A model generated the notes under the pieces. The model was given only the letters and a program-made list of their open reading frames with translations, made no database searches and was not told the DNA's origin. Of a stretch of 64,000 nucleotides of DNA, positions 26,182 to 41,300 are shown piece by piece; the stretch's first letter is position 1, and each line of letters starts with the position of its first letter. Position numbers and translations under genes: made by a program. This DNA comes from Macrostomum lignano (Eukaryota), in assembly GCA_002269645.1 (NCBI GenBank), contig NIVC01002836.1, forward strand, positions 72,854 through 136,853, given 5' to 3'.

Positions 26182-27953
26182 GTTATGTCACTATTATTGA
26201 TACTAATGACTAATGACTTCATATTTTATTACTTTTCATATGAAAATATTTCTATGTAGTAAAGTAGAAGATTGCCAAATGTACTAGTCACTGAAAATAT
26301 AGCCATAAGCATTATAGTAGCCAGGGTCTAGATCGTGTAGTAGTGTATGCCAGAACAAGAATCCTATCTCAGCTAAATGTATGCCAGTGTATGCTAAAAG
26401 CAAAAAATTCCCTAAAATATATGCCTAAAATTCCACCTAAAAAGGTCATTCAGTTTTCACAAGTAGAGTTTCTTTAAGAAAGGCTTTCCATCAAAAAGTC
26501 TTTAAAATATGAAGATTTTCTTTTAATTTTTTAAACAAACTTAAATTAAACCTACAGAAATAATAATGCAAAATTTATATTCTTAGTCATCATTTATACT
26601 AATTTTATTTATGATTAATTTTAAAGAAGCAAAAAGTTTATTTCTAACTTTTTAGACTGTAAATTTTCCATTATTTTACATAAAAACCCTAATTTACATT
26701 ACAATTTTCATGCACAGCATGAATTTATTCACCCAAATTGGTTCACCAAAAAATTGGCATCAATTAGTGTGCCAAAATTTGCATGTCAAAAAATTGCATG
26801 AATTTGTATGCTAAAATTTGTATGCCAACTTTGAAAGAGGTCATTTGTATGCCAGTATTTTCTAGTATACATGTAACCTTCCAGTGTCTAGTAGAATAAA
26901 CAACTATGGAAATTATTATAAAGCTCTTTGAGGAAATATAATTTTTTAATCTTATTTATTATAAAATCATAAAATTTATAATTGTTAAATTGTAAAATTG
27001 TAAAAAATCATAAAAATCACAAGAAATGTCTTGACTTTATCTTTAACTCATATTACAAATTATCTTATAGCTATTGTTAGATATAACCCCATTGAAGTTA
27101 TATTAGGGTTCATATCTTATAGTATATTGTTTAGTAGCACTTAAAATATTTCTATTCTAATATTAAAAATATATATTATTATTATTAAATCATTGAAAGG
27201 ATATAGCAAAATTTTCTAGACTGTAGCTTACCATTTTTGCAATTTTTATCTACTTTGGTTGAAAGTTTAAAAACAAAGAAACAATAACCTATTTAGTCAG
27301 TTTATAAACCTTCATAACATTTCAGTTAATTGTAAAAATTTATATTCATTCTAAAAATTCTTATTAAGTCCATAGGAAAAAAGCATATACCATATATAGG
27401 CCAGAGATTTCTAGGGTACATTCACAAATATTTGACATAAATGATGGGAACAAAAAGTGATTTTAGTGGTACAACTAGGGTTTTCAAAGGGTAGACTATA
27501 AGGGAATTGGGGATAAGTAGAATATTGAAACTATATAATAATGAAGCTGCTCTACTAGCCAATTAGCCAATATATACAAGCTAATATAGTCATATGATAT
27601 GACATAGATAAAAGCTTTAAACTAGAGATATTAACATAGACAACATACTAAGCTAATATACCTATTATCACTATACTATTGCCTAACTATTGTCTGTGAT
27701 CTCCATTCTTAAAGCAGATATGAATAGAATCAAAATTCTAACCCTGTAGCACTCAAACACAATATTGTATATTGTCACTATACAAAATGCTATATTTGAA
27801 TTGTCAAGTCACTGATCAAGCAATATGCTGCAATAGTTAAAAAGCAAAGAAACGTGCTGTTCTCATTTAGAATGTTGCTTGTCAAGATTGGCCTTTTTCT
27901 AGAAACTTTTCTATTATTGACTGGATAACTTTGAGTACATTGGAAAGTAGCTA

Positions 27954-29000
27954 TTAGTGCACAAATACTAATGCAAGCCCATCTAATTGCTCTTTACCCA
28001 TTTTCCTGCATAAGTAGTTCTTTATGAACTTAAATGTCAAAAAAGATTGCTCTCCTTTGGCAGTCAATACTAGCAGCATTGCATAAATTAAAAGAAAATA
28101 ATGTGTATTTGGGAAACACATCTTGTCACAACTGTGTAAACAATCTGTGATAGTAATTGGCCAAGGCATTCCTTCATTCTTATTCTGCCACATGCATTGC
28201 CACAAACAAAACTTGGCTTCTACAAACTCCATCTTGTTGGTAGACAGGTATAGCAGGAAATGAGCCAATGCATTAGCTAAATAAGAAAAGTTATATTTCT
28301 TACGACTCATTTAGTAAAAGAGCAAAGAAACCTCTGGCAATTGCATTAAAATCTTTAAAGCAGTCATTAAAGTTCATAAAAGTATTAAGTCCAAAATGGA
28401 ATTTAGACATTCAATTGCCAATAGTCCTTTGAAGTGGATGCTAGAGTATTAGCTCAATGACACTATTTTGCAGTATGTTGTAAAGGCACAATGTCTACTT
28501 CTAGATTGGCTAAAATTGTCTCTATTTTGTCCCAGAGCTAGTCAAATTGCTGACTACTTGTCACTTAAAATCTGATTGGCAAGTCCTTTACCACTCGTAT
28601 CTTCTGCATAAGAAAACTGCAGAAAGTCTAAAAATGAATAATTATGGACATAGTAAATACAAATTGTCATCTGCACCTGCCTAGACAAATTTATTGTCTT
28701 GTTAGCAAGAATAGACACAAACTCTAAATTGTTGATTTTCTCATGTAGCTGATCCAGCACATCTTCACCAAGGCACTCAATCAACTCATTCTAGATCAGC
28801 TAGCTGATGTACTTGGCATTCGCAGACCCATAGTATAGATGCTCTTTGAGATTTTTGTTGCCAATATCAACAAATGCACAAAAAAGTTTGCAAAATATGC
28901 AATTGTTGCACTCTTGCAAGGCCAACACTAGTCCATGATCCCAATGGCTACAAAGATCAAAGCCACTTTTGCTACACACTAGAATGGCTGAAGAGAAAAA
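27954..29000 (-). pseudogene. Decayed hAT-superfamily (ZMYM1/DUF4371-type) transposase
   Basis: Recognisable motifs: NAKYIS*LI*NELIECLG (consensus NA.YTS..IQNELI), ILANKTINLSRQVQMTICIYYV (consensus ILADETTD.S..EQ..IC.RYV), DTSGKGLANQIL, and the hAT dimerisation domain FPN...LLIYAMLLV..A.GEQSFLTFK..KNYLCRKM..EQL.GLAL..VH. Confidence 0.85.
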
Positions 29001-29542
29001 GAGAAATATGGCTAGATTGGGCTAGCTACATTGGCTTTGAATTGAGATGGGACACAGTGTGACTATACAGACAATGGCATATGGCTTTTAAAAGCAGATC
29101 AGTTGTGTTCCGATATCAATTCACAAGACACCCATTTCTCACAAATCTTCTCACAAAATTGAAGCAAACTATTTGTTTATGGTCAAACTCCAAATGAATA
29201 AATTTTCAGCTAGCCATAAAGTGCCAATATAGCAAGTCTGGAAACTTTATAGCAGCATCCCTTGTATATTATTGGTAGCTTGTAGCACCAGACCAATTAT
29301 CACTATTTTTCCTAGGAATACCAAGCATTAAGTTTAGAAAGATGGACTGATAAATATTGTGACAATCTAGATATACATAAATTTTATCTTCAATGCTAAC
29401 AAAATGGCCAATTGTGTTGACAAGCCAAAAGTAAAAAATTCATTGGTTAATATTTTCAGTTCATCCAGCTTGACAAAATTACGCACTAACTGTGAATTTA
29501 CATTTTCAAGTTTCAATTCATTGACCCCTGTCAGTGCACGCG

Positions 29543-31686
<2,144 letters not shown>

Positions 31687-31772
31687 CGGGAGCTTTGGAT
31701 TCTTTGAGACTCTGTGCTTATTGCGTAACTAGGGGATATTCTGCTCATTTGCTAATGGCTTGGGTTGCACCA

Positions 31773-32180
31773 GACACAATGATGCGGTCCAGTTCAATTA
31801 GTTCAATTCAGAGAGACACAATGATGCAGTCCAGTTTGATTAGTTCAATTCAGAGAGAGACACAATGATGCGGTCCAGTTCAATTAGTTCAATTCAGAGA
31901 GACACAATGATGTGGTCCAGTTTGATTAGTTAAATTCAGAGAGAGACACAATGATGCGGTCCAGTTCAATTAGTTCAATTCAGAGAGACACAATGATGCG
32001 GTCCAGTTCAATTAGTTCAATTCAGAGAGACACAATGATGCGGTCCAGTTCAATTAGTTCAATTCAGAGAGAGACACAATGATGCGGTCCAGTTCAATTA
32101 GTTCAATTCAGAGAGACACAATGATGCGGTCCAGTTCAATTAGTTCAATTCAGAGAGAGACACAATGATGCGGTCCAGTC
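31773..32180. repeat. 41/43-bp tandem repeat (GACACAATGATGCGGTCCAGTTCAATTAGTTCAATTCAGAGA) just 3' of the ALG5 stop
   Basis: About 10 copies; unit length varies by one GA dinucleotide. Confidence 0.95.
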
Positions 32181-32595
32181 CAATTAGTTTAAATAATGTC
32201 TCCAAGGTTAAGAAAAAGCCTAGTTTCTAAATTATGATAAAAATACTTTTCTAACATAAACTAAATTAATATTCATATCATAAACTTAATTAATTATATA
32301 TAATTTTAATTCACAATCTTAGGGCAATGTGGCCTAGAGCTCTCATGTGTCTAACATTCTAGAACAAATTTTATTGGCGATGCACTATTAGTTAAAGAGC
32401 GCATTCCTATCTATTGCCGGCTATGATCTTCTATTAATAAACCACTTCTTTTTTAATCTGTTAAATCCGTCACTATATTTGGCTAGTCAGACTCTGCTGT
32501 TAATGTTTATACAATTGAGAGCTGCTTGTGTTTTTCTCACTTCTATGCTTTACCCCTGCTGTGCTGTTAAACTAGATTTTTATTTAAAACTTTAG

Positions 32596-33490
32596 GAATC
32601 CCAGTTCCATAGCTTCAGCATCCCAGTTCCATAGCTTCAGAATCCCAGTTCCATAGCTTCAGCACCCCAGTTCCATAACTTCAGAATCCCAGTTCCATAA
32701 TCTCAGAATCCCAGTTCCATAACTTCAGAATCCCAGTTCCATAACTTCAAAATCCCAGTTCCATAACTTCAGAATCCCAGTTCCATAACTTCAAAATCCC
32801 AGTTCCATAATCTCAGAATCCCAGTTCCATAACCCCAGCATCCCAGTTCCATAACTTCAGAATCCCATTTCCATAATCTCAGAATCCCAGTTCCATAACT
32901 TCAGAATCCCAGTTCCATAAACCCAGCATCCCAGTTCCATAAACCCAGCATCCCAGTTCCATAAACCCAGCATCCCAGTTCCATAACTTCAACATCCCAG
33001 TTCCATAAACCCAGCATCCCAGTTCCATAAACCCAGCATCCCAGTTCCATAAACCCAGCATCCCAGTTCCATAACTTCAACATCCCAGTTCCACAACTTC
33101 ACCATCCCAATTCCATAGCTTCAGCATCCCGGTTCCACAACTTCACCATCCCAGTTCCATAGCTTCAGCATCCCAGTTCCACATCTTCACCATCCCAATT
33201 CCATAGCTTCAGCATCCCAGTTCCACAACTTCACCATCCCAATTCCATAGCTTCAGCATCCCAGTTCCACATCTTCACCATCCCAATTCCATAGCTTCAG
33301 CATCCCAGTTCCACATCTTCACCATCCCAATTCCATAGCTTCAGCATCCCAGTTCCACAACTTCACCATCCCAATTCCATAGCTTCAGCATCCCAGTTCC
33401 ACAACTTCACCATCCCAATTCCATAGCTTCAGCATCCCAGTTCCACAACTTCACCATCCCAATTCCATAGCTTCAGCATCCCAGTTCCAA
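32596..33490. repeat. 22-bp minisatellite (CCCAGTTCCATAACTTCAGAAT and variants), becoming a 44-bp dimer at its 3' end
   Basis: Direct reading. Confidence 0.95.
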
Positions 33491-33984
33491 TAGTTTTGTT
33501 TCCTAAGTAATTCTTTTTATCTTGTCGTCAAGCATATATTTTTTACGATCTGTTTCATTTCTTCTCTAAAGCAGATGCTGTCCGGTTTGCATAGCTTCTT
33601 CATCATAGTGCTGATACTCTGTCCTTGCGTAGCTGTTTATCTGTTATTTCCTTTGTTCTTCTCTGTTCAAACTTTGATTGGATGCGTTGCTTCTGACTCT
33701 TGCTTGGGTGTTATATAATTCTATTTCTGCTCTTTGCTAAATAGCAGTGGCCCCTGATTGTGTTATAACCTCTATTACACTATGCCATACTAAATTTATG
33801 TTTATTGAAGCATTAACAGTAAAATATAATAAAAGAAATTAATTTGTATTTTGCATAACCGGAATACAATTACTGATATGGCGCTATTGATGGCTTTAAC
33901 TAATAATTCAGTAACACTTGAGAGCAATGGAGTTCTTTATTTATATTCGATTTAAAATCAGGATGTTTTTTATTTAAACCGGTG

Positions 33985-34638
33985 TTAAACAGGTGCCACT
34001 ATGACCCTGGGTTGAACAGGTGTCACTATGACCCAGGGTTGAACAGGTGCCACTATGACCCAGGGTTGAACAGGTGTCACTATGACCCAGGGTTGAACAG
34101 GTGTCACTATGACCCAGGGTTGAACAGGTGTCACTATGACCCAGGGTTGAACAGGTGTCACTATGACCCAGGGTTGAACAGGTGCCACTATGACCCAGGG
34201 TAGAACAGGTGTCACTATGACCCAGGTAGAACAGGTGTCACTATGACCCAGGTAGAACAGGTGTCACTATGACCCAGGTAGAACAGGTGTCACTATGACC
34301 CAGGGTAGAACAGGTGTCACTATGACCCAGGGTTGAACAGGTGTCACTATGACCCAGGTAGAACAGGTGTCACTATGACCCAGGGTAGAACAGGTGTCAC
34401 TATGACCCAGGTAGAACAGGTGTCACTATGACCCAGGGTAGAACAGGTGTCACTATGACCCAGGGTAGAACAGGTGTCACTTTGACCCAGGGTAGAACAG
34501 GTGTCACTTTGACCCAGGGTTGAACAGGTGTCACTATGACCCAGGGTTGAACAGGTGTCACTATGACCCAGGGTAGAACAGGTGTCACTTTGACCCAGGG
34601 TAGAACAGGTGTCACTATGACCCAGGGTAGAACAGGTA
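33985..34638. repeat. 23/24-bp minisatellite (GAACAGGTGTCACTATGACCCAGGGT[T/A])
   Basis: Direct reading; about 27 copies. Confidence 0.95.
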
Positions 34639-35129
34639 ATTGCCGTTATTAAAATGTAAAAGTACAAATCAGTAATGCTAAATACTCGTATATGTATCAT
34701 TAAGATTTACCAGGAAGTCCTATCGTCAATTAAAGCGGGATGTCTGCTACACAATTTCCCGAAAACAATTCAAGTTGCTTGTAAAGACCGCTTAAATACA
34801 TGGACAGATAAATTGCAGAATAGCGCTTGGTGCACTCGCGAATCGTGCGAATTATTACTCAAGACTGGCTCACGTTGCTAAGTGCTAATTGGAGAAAAAT
34901 TAAGTAGGCTATCTCTCATCCCATTCTGTCAATCCGAACAGTCCAATTCCATTCGCATACGGCATGTCAACACAGCGGCCCTGGGTCTTCAAAAGACATT
35001 TACAATCTGATCTACTCTGCTTTGCACTGAGCTACGTGTCAATTTCACTTGCATTTTGGCACAATTTGCGAGTACAGCGTCCTTCCACTTGAGTTGTCGG
35101 TCTGTCCATCACTAATCTATCAGTGCAGG

Positions 35130-37621
35130 TCACGGGCAGTACTTCTTAAAAGCCTCGTCCAGTTCCGGCTTGGTGAGGGCGACGTGGGCCACGCCGAAGC
35201 AGGCGAGCCAGCCACGGTAGCCGGGCAGCGCGGACTGGAAGGCGTTGCCCAGCACCAGCAGGCTGTCGCGGTCCGGGTAGCGATGGTTCGATGTAGCCGG
35301 CGAATGGGACGACGCGTCGACACCGTTCCGATAGAAGGTGGCTCGTCCAGTTGACGACATCACGACGGCGCCGCGCAAGCCGGCTGGATCGGGCGAGCCG
35401 GCGGAGTCCTTGGCCGGGTCGGACTCGTCTCGAAAGTAGCCGGCGCTGCTGTACATGGACAGGTCCGTGCTGCGGGGGTTCTCCACGAGGGCGAGGCCGG
35501 GCTCCCCGGCTGGGCCGCTGACGTCGGCCAGGAGCGAGTCGTACTCTGCTGGCCGCTGAACGTAGTAGAACAGCGACCAGTCACGGTTCTGCTTCAGCTG
35601 CCTATGGAGGATGGAGAGCAGGAGCAGTGTTTGCCAAGGAGAGCTGGAAGTTGCATGACGCGGATTGCCTAGCATCAATACCCTTTATGGCCATAGACAT
35701 CCAAAGTCGTTTCATCCTCAGGCGCTGAACCAAATTAATTACATACACACGTAATGCCGCTGTTCCTACAGAGCAAGGAGTTCTATAATTAGCAACTATG
35801 TTCTTTGATTGCTAATTTTAGAACTCCTTGCTACAGAGGCTCGAGGGACATGTAAGTGGAAACTTCTTTCCCTGCACTCTCTCACCTTGTCAGTGCGCCG
35901 CCCTCGGTATCAATCTGAATGCCCCTCGACCCATTCAGCACGGCGCCTCGCGCGCCTCCGACCAGGACAGCGTCGCCCCAGCTCAGCACCCGGTAGTGGC
36001 CGGGCCTGGCCAGGTTGCCTCCGGGCGAATCCTGACGGCGGAAATCGTAGGCGGCCGGAATTGGCCATTCCGGGGGTGTGGGCGGCTGCGTGGGCGGCTG
36101 CGTCGGTGGTTGCGTGGGCGGCTGCGTCGGTCGCTGCGTCGGCGGCTGCGTCGGCGGCTGCGTCGGCGGCTGTGTCGGTAGTTGCGTGGGCGGCTGCGTC
36201 GGTGGCTGCGTCGGTGGCTGCGTCGGCGGCTGCGTCGGTGGCTGCGTCGGTGGCTGCGTCGGTGGCTGCGTCGGTGGCTGCGTCGGCGGCTGCGTGGGCG
36301 GCAGGCCGGACCTCGGCCGCTTGCAGATGAAGTTCCGCCTCAGATGGCAGGGTGCAGAGAGCAGGTTCCGGTCGCGCAGCAGCACGCAGTTGGTTACCAA
36401 GTCGGTCTTCGGGTGGCCGGCTGCCCAGACTGGGAAGCCCCGATGATCGCCGGATCTGTCGGCCCAGTGGTAGCAGATCTGCTGCTTGCGGCCGTTGAAA
36501 TAGTCGACTCGGCAGGGATTGAGCTTTACCAGGCCCAGCCAGAGCTCCACTGAGCAGATGGGCTCGCTGAGGTCCAGCAGACTGAGCAGGCGGAGCTCCG
36601 ACTCGGTGTGGACAGAGACCACGTGGGCCTGCGGGGGTCGAGTTTGGATCAGCGACGATGATGGAGGGTCAGAAGGGTAGGTAGTGGGTCAGGATGTCAT
36701 TGTGGAGAGTCAGGAGGTCAGGGAGTCAGGAGGTCAGGGAGTCAGGAGGTCAGGTAGTCAGGAGGTCAAGGAGTCAGGAGGTCAGGGAGTCAGGAGGTCA
36801 GGGAGTCAGGAGGTCAGGAGGTCAGGAGGTTAGGGAGTCAGGAGGTCAGGGGGTCAGGGAGTCAGGAGGTCAGGGAGTCAGGAGGTCAGGGAGTCAGGAG
36901 GTCAGGAGGTCAGGGAGTCAGGAGGTCAGGGAGTCAGGAGGCCAGGGAGTCGGGAGGTCAGGGGGTCAGGGAGTCAGGAGGTCAGTACTCAGTCAGTGGC
37001 TGACCTGTCTTCCAGCACAGAAGAAATCGGCCTCAATATAAGTGGCCTTGAAGCCGGGTTGCTGGTAGCAATAGTCACCAAAACTGTACCAGCCACTCGG
37101 GCACGCAGGCCCTGGCGGTGGGGGTTCGAATCGGTCTTAGCCTGCCTGGCAACCGGGGCCTTGCAGACATAGCCCTGCCTGTCGTGATAGAGATTGTTCA
37201 GCCAAACCAGATTTTCAGCAGTCACCAGCGGCTGGTGCGGCGAGTAGAGCTTGGCGAAGTCGTGTCGCTGGAACGCCACGGCAGAACTGCCGTCCGTCCA
37301 CCGGTAGCTGGCCGAGTCGTTGAGGCGGTCGGCGTGGGTGCCGTAGCGGCCGAGCCAGGCTGTCCGGCAGTAGGTGAGCCTGCCGACCAAGGTGTTCTCC
37401 GTCTGGCTGCCGATGGACACCAGGTGGCCGTCCTCGGCTTTGCAGGCCTGCTCGGCGGTGTACCAGTAGTCTGGCGACTCGGTCCAGCGGTAGCAGCTGC
37501 CCGAGTGGAGAATCCAGCCTTCGCTGTTGCTGCCCAAGCTGTCGCACCTGTTCTTGCTAGCTGCCGAGGCTGCCCCTAGAAGCAGCAACAGTAGCGGCAC
37601 AGAAACTGAAAGAAACTGCAT
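35130..37621 (-). CDS. Secreted protein: signal peptide, two C-type lectin domains, (TQPP)n mucin-like stalk, LamG/concanavalin-like domain; exons 37621-37005 (one frameshift near 37120), 36628-35886, 35601-35130; about 610 aa
   Basis: Signal peptide MQFLSVSVPLLLLLLGAASA. CTLD1: GWILHSGSCY..AEQAC...GHLVSI...AWLG..YRWTDG..GYVCK. CTLD2 begins CPSGWYSFGDYCY after restoring one base in a C5 run, then Q|AHVVSVH..LWLGL..CVLL..C..RRNFICK. GT-AG junctions in phases 0 and 2. The C-terminal domain has ..ATFYRNG..LVLGN..YRGWLACF..AL motifs. Confidence 0.85.
36075..36300 (-). repeat. Coding 12-bp repeat encoding (TQPP)n
   Basis: Lies inside the spliced lectin exon 2. Confidence 0.9.
36705..36985. repeat. 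8/16-bp repeat (GTCAGGGAGTCAGGAG) filling lectin intron 1
   Basis: Direct reading. Confidence 0.95.
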
Positions 37622-37698
37622 TCTAAAAAAATTCAACTAAGTCAACCTGCTCTCGGGTTTGGCAATTTTTCTGCCCTTTTGAGCTCTCGGCTTTCGCG

Positions 37699-37712
37699 GT
37701 TGCCATGGAAAC
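37699..37712. promoter_or_regulatory. X-box (RFX-binding) motif GTTGCCATGGAAAC about 80 bp upstream of the lectin start codon
   Basis: 13/14 match to the palindromic RFX consensus GTTGCCATGGCAAC; promoter-proximal position. Confidence 0.55.
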
Positions 37713-38189
37713 CCGATTTCGTCTTATCTGTTTGGTGAGTCGAAAGTTGAAAGAATTCGGCAAGGATTTGAGATAAGAACTGCTCTGTGCAAGCTTTTGC
37801 TTCTCATAGCTGAGCTTCTATCGCCAAAAATTTTACAACTGCTCGAAAAAAACTTTAGAAATCGAATGCGTTCAGGCCGTGGGTTCAAGATAGCAGCATA
37901 GCTGGGGCACCTCTTCGAGCACAGAAAGTCTGACGAAAAACAACAAAAAGACAAATGACACACCGGATGTCCTGCTAAGCGTAGAAATGTGTTTCACAGG
38001 TCTTAACAAAATATTGTTTTTCACCTGACTGAAGCTCTGCGCTCGATTCCTCTTAAGCCTTTTGGTTTTTTCTGCTTCATTTCATTTATATTTTGCAAAA
38101 ATTAGTATTGTGTCGCTCATTAGGTCTTGCATCAGTTAGATCACGCTATAGTAATATACCGATCATGCATCGGTCATCATATAGATAGG

Positions 38190-38370
38190 ACATGTATCGG
38201 TCATATAGACAGGTCATGTATCGGTCATATAGACAGTTCATATATCGGTCATAGACAGGTCATGTATCGGTCATATAGACAGGTCATGTATCGGTCATAT
38301 AGACAGGTCATGTATCGGTCATATAGACAGGTCATGTATCGTTCATAGCCAGATAGAACATTTATCGGTC
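38190..38370. repeat. 24-bp tandem repeat (AGGTCATGTATCGGTCATATAGAC) just 3' of the ankyrin gene stop
   Basis: Direct reading. Confidence 0.9.
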
Positions 38371-38388
38371 ATTGGCATCTCATTTCTA

Positions 38389-41300
38389 CTACTTGTCCAT
38401 CCAAGCGTCGCCCCGTTGAAAAATCGAACCCCTGGCTGACACCAACGCTGCAAACCGGCCGGCCAGAATCTTCTCCATCAGCTCGAGCTCATCGGGCGAC
38501 TCCGAGCGCGCCAGAATGCGCACCCGCCAGGTCCTGCTGCTCGCCTTCGCTTCGTCATCAACGCCGTTTTCCTCCTCCTCGGCCAGGAGCCGCCGGCTAC
38601 TGCGGCACCTCTTGAGGTGCTGCGCCACCAGCTTCCGAGGTCCGGGCAGCTTCGGGCTGGCCTCCGTCAGCTCCCGGCACCAGTCGCCCACAGTCGGGCA
38701 GTTCGCCACCGCCGACGCCGCAGTCAGACGTCGAATGAGCAGGTGAGCTGCGCACTGACGGCAGCTGAGGCTGACCACGGCATTGGTGCAGCCGCACTCG
38801 AAGCTGCCACTGCCGCCACTGCCAACGCTGCTGACATCGTCTTTGTTGCTGTCGTCTTTCAATTTGTTTTGCGCACTACTGCCAGTAGTGCAGTTTGTCT
38901 CGCCGCGACAGCCGCAACCGAACGGACTGCGCAACGGGGCTGTTGGTGCACGTTTCCTTGGTGACATGCGAGCGACTCGCGCTTGAGTGCTGAAACTCAG
39001 ATCGGGGCAGTGTCTGTCAGATCGGGGCAGTGTCTCTCAGATCGGGGCAGGGTCTCTCAGATCGGGGCAGTGTCTCTCAGATTGGAGCAGTGTCTGTCAG
39101 ATCGGGGCAGTGTCTGTCAGATCGGGGCAGTGTCTCTCAGATCGGGGCAGTGTCTCTCAGATTGGGGCAGGGTCTGTCAGATTGGGGCAGGGTCTCTCAG
39201 ATTGGGGCAGGGTCTCTCAGATTGGGGCAGGGTCTCTCAGATCGGGGCAGTGTCTCTCAGATTGGGGCAGTGTCTGTCAGATCGGGGCAGTGTCTCTCAG
39301 ATCGGGGCAGTGTCTCTCAGATTGGGGCAGGGTCTCTCAGATTGGGGCAGGGTCTCTCAGATCGGGGCAGTGTCTCTCAGATTGGAGCAGTGTCTGTCAG
39401 ATCGGGGCAGTGTCTGTCAGATCGGGGCAGTGTCTCTCAGATCGGGGCAGTGTCTCTCAGATTGGGGCAGGGTCTGTCAGATTGGGGCAGGGTCTCTCAG
39501 ATTGGGGCAGGGTCTCTCAGATCGGGGCAGGGTCTCTCAGATCGGGGCAGTGTCTCTCAGATTGGGGCAGTGTCTGTCAGATCGGGGCAGTGTCTCTCAG
39601 ATCGGGGCAGTGTCTCTCAGATCGGGGCAGTGTCTCTCAGATTGGGGCAGGGTCTCTCAGATTGGGGCAGGGTCTCTCAGATTGGGGCAGTGTCTCTCAG
39701 ATTGGGGCAGGGTCTCTCAGATCGGGGCAGGGTCTCTCAGATTGGGGCAGGGTCTCTCAGATTGGGGCAGTGTCTCTCAGATTGGGGCAGGGTCTCTCAG
39801 ATCGGGGCAGGGTCTCTCAGATCGGGGCAGGGTCTCTCAGATTGGGGCAGGGTCTCTCAGATTGGGGCAGGGTCTCTCAGATTGGGGCAGGGTCTCTCAG
39901 ATTGGAGCAGTGTCTGTCAGATCAGGGCAGTGTCTGTCAGATTGGGGCAGTGTCTCTCAGATTGGGGCAGGGTCTCTCAGATCGGGGCAGGGTCTCTCAG
40001 ATCGGGGCAGGGTCTCTCAGATTGGGGCAGGGTCTCTCAGATTGGGGCAGGGTCTCTCAGATTGGGGCAGGGTCTCTCAGATTGGGGCAGGGTCTCTCAG
40101 ATCGGGGCAGTGTCTCTCAGATTGGGGCAGGGTCTCTCAGATTGGGGCAGGGTCTCTCAGATTGGGGCAGGGTCTCTCAGATTGGGGCAGGGTCTGTCAG
40201 ATTGGGGCAGGGTCTCTCAGATTGGGGCAGGGTCTTTCAGATCGGGGCAGGGTCTCTCAGATTGGGGCAGGGTCTTTCAGATCGGGGCAGGGTCTCTCAG
40301 ATTGGGGCAGGGTCTTTCAAATTGGGGCAGGGTCAGTCAGATCAGGGCAGTGTCTGTCAGATCGGGACAGTGTCTGTCAGATCGGTGGCAGTGTCTGTCA
40401 GATCGGGGCAGGGTCTGTCAGATCGGGGCAGGGTCTGTCAGATCGGGGCAGGGTCTGTCAGATCGGGGCAGGGTCTGTCAGATCGGGGCAGTGTCTGTCA
40501 GATCGGGGCAGTGTCTGTCAGATCGGGTGAGTTTGTAAAAGTCTGTAAAATTGTCTGTAAGAGTCTGTAAAAGAGCCTGCAAGGGGCTCACCTGTCCTCC
40601 GCCGGCTTCCAGCTTCTGGCCGCCGCCTGCAACAGCCGCGCCATGCCCGACTTTCCGCAGGACGAAGGCAGCGCGGCCGCGGTCAGCTCGGCCACCTTGG
40701 CAGCTTCGGCAGCCGCCTCGGCAGTCGACCCGGCCGTCAGCAGCAGCCGCACGATCCGGATGCTGCCGCGCCAGGACTCCGCGGCCAGCGACATCGGCGT
40801 CCGGCCTTCAGCCGACCGTCTGTCCGGCTGACAGGACGGGTGGGACAGCAGCTCCGCGGCCACCCGCAAGGAGTTCTTGTCCGCCGACTGGTGCAGCGGC
40901 GTCCAGCCGGAGTCGTCAAAAACGTCGGGATCGGCGCCGGCTGCCAGCAGCTCGGCGGCGGCATCGGCGGAGGCGTCACCGCCAAGGGCGCAGTAGTGCA
41001 GCGGCGTCCAGCCGTTGTCGCCGCGGCACTCAACTAACGAGGAGGCGGGCAGCAGCTGCAGCAGCTCGCGGACTGCGGCGGCAGCGGCAGATCCGCCGAG
41101 GCGAAGGCCGTCGCCGAGGCGCGACGCTTCTCGACGACTCAGTGGCTGAGCCTGTGGTGCAAGAGGTCAGAGCGGGTGGACTCGAGAAGAGATCAGAGCG
41201 GATGAACTCGAGAAGAGATCAGAGCGGGTGGACTCGAGAAGAGATCAGAGCGGGTGGACTCGAGAAGAGATCAGAGCGGGTGGACTCGAGAAGAGATCAG

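Noticed and set aside
31773-34638. Regularly spaced 22-43-bp repeats as possible CRISPR arrays
   Set aside because: Head-to-tail units without unique spacers, no cas genes, eukaryotic context.
38983-40570. Three ~500-aa plus-strand ORFs
   Set aside because: All three frames are open because a stop-free 20-bp unit is repeated. The array lies inside a GT-AG intron of the minus-strand ankyrin gene.
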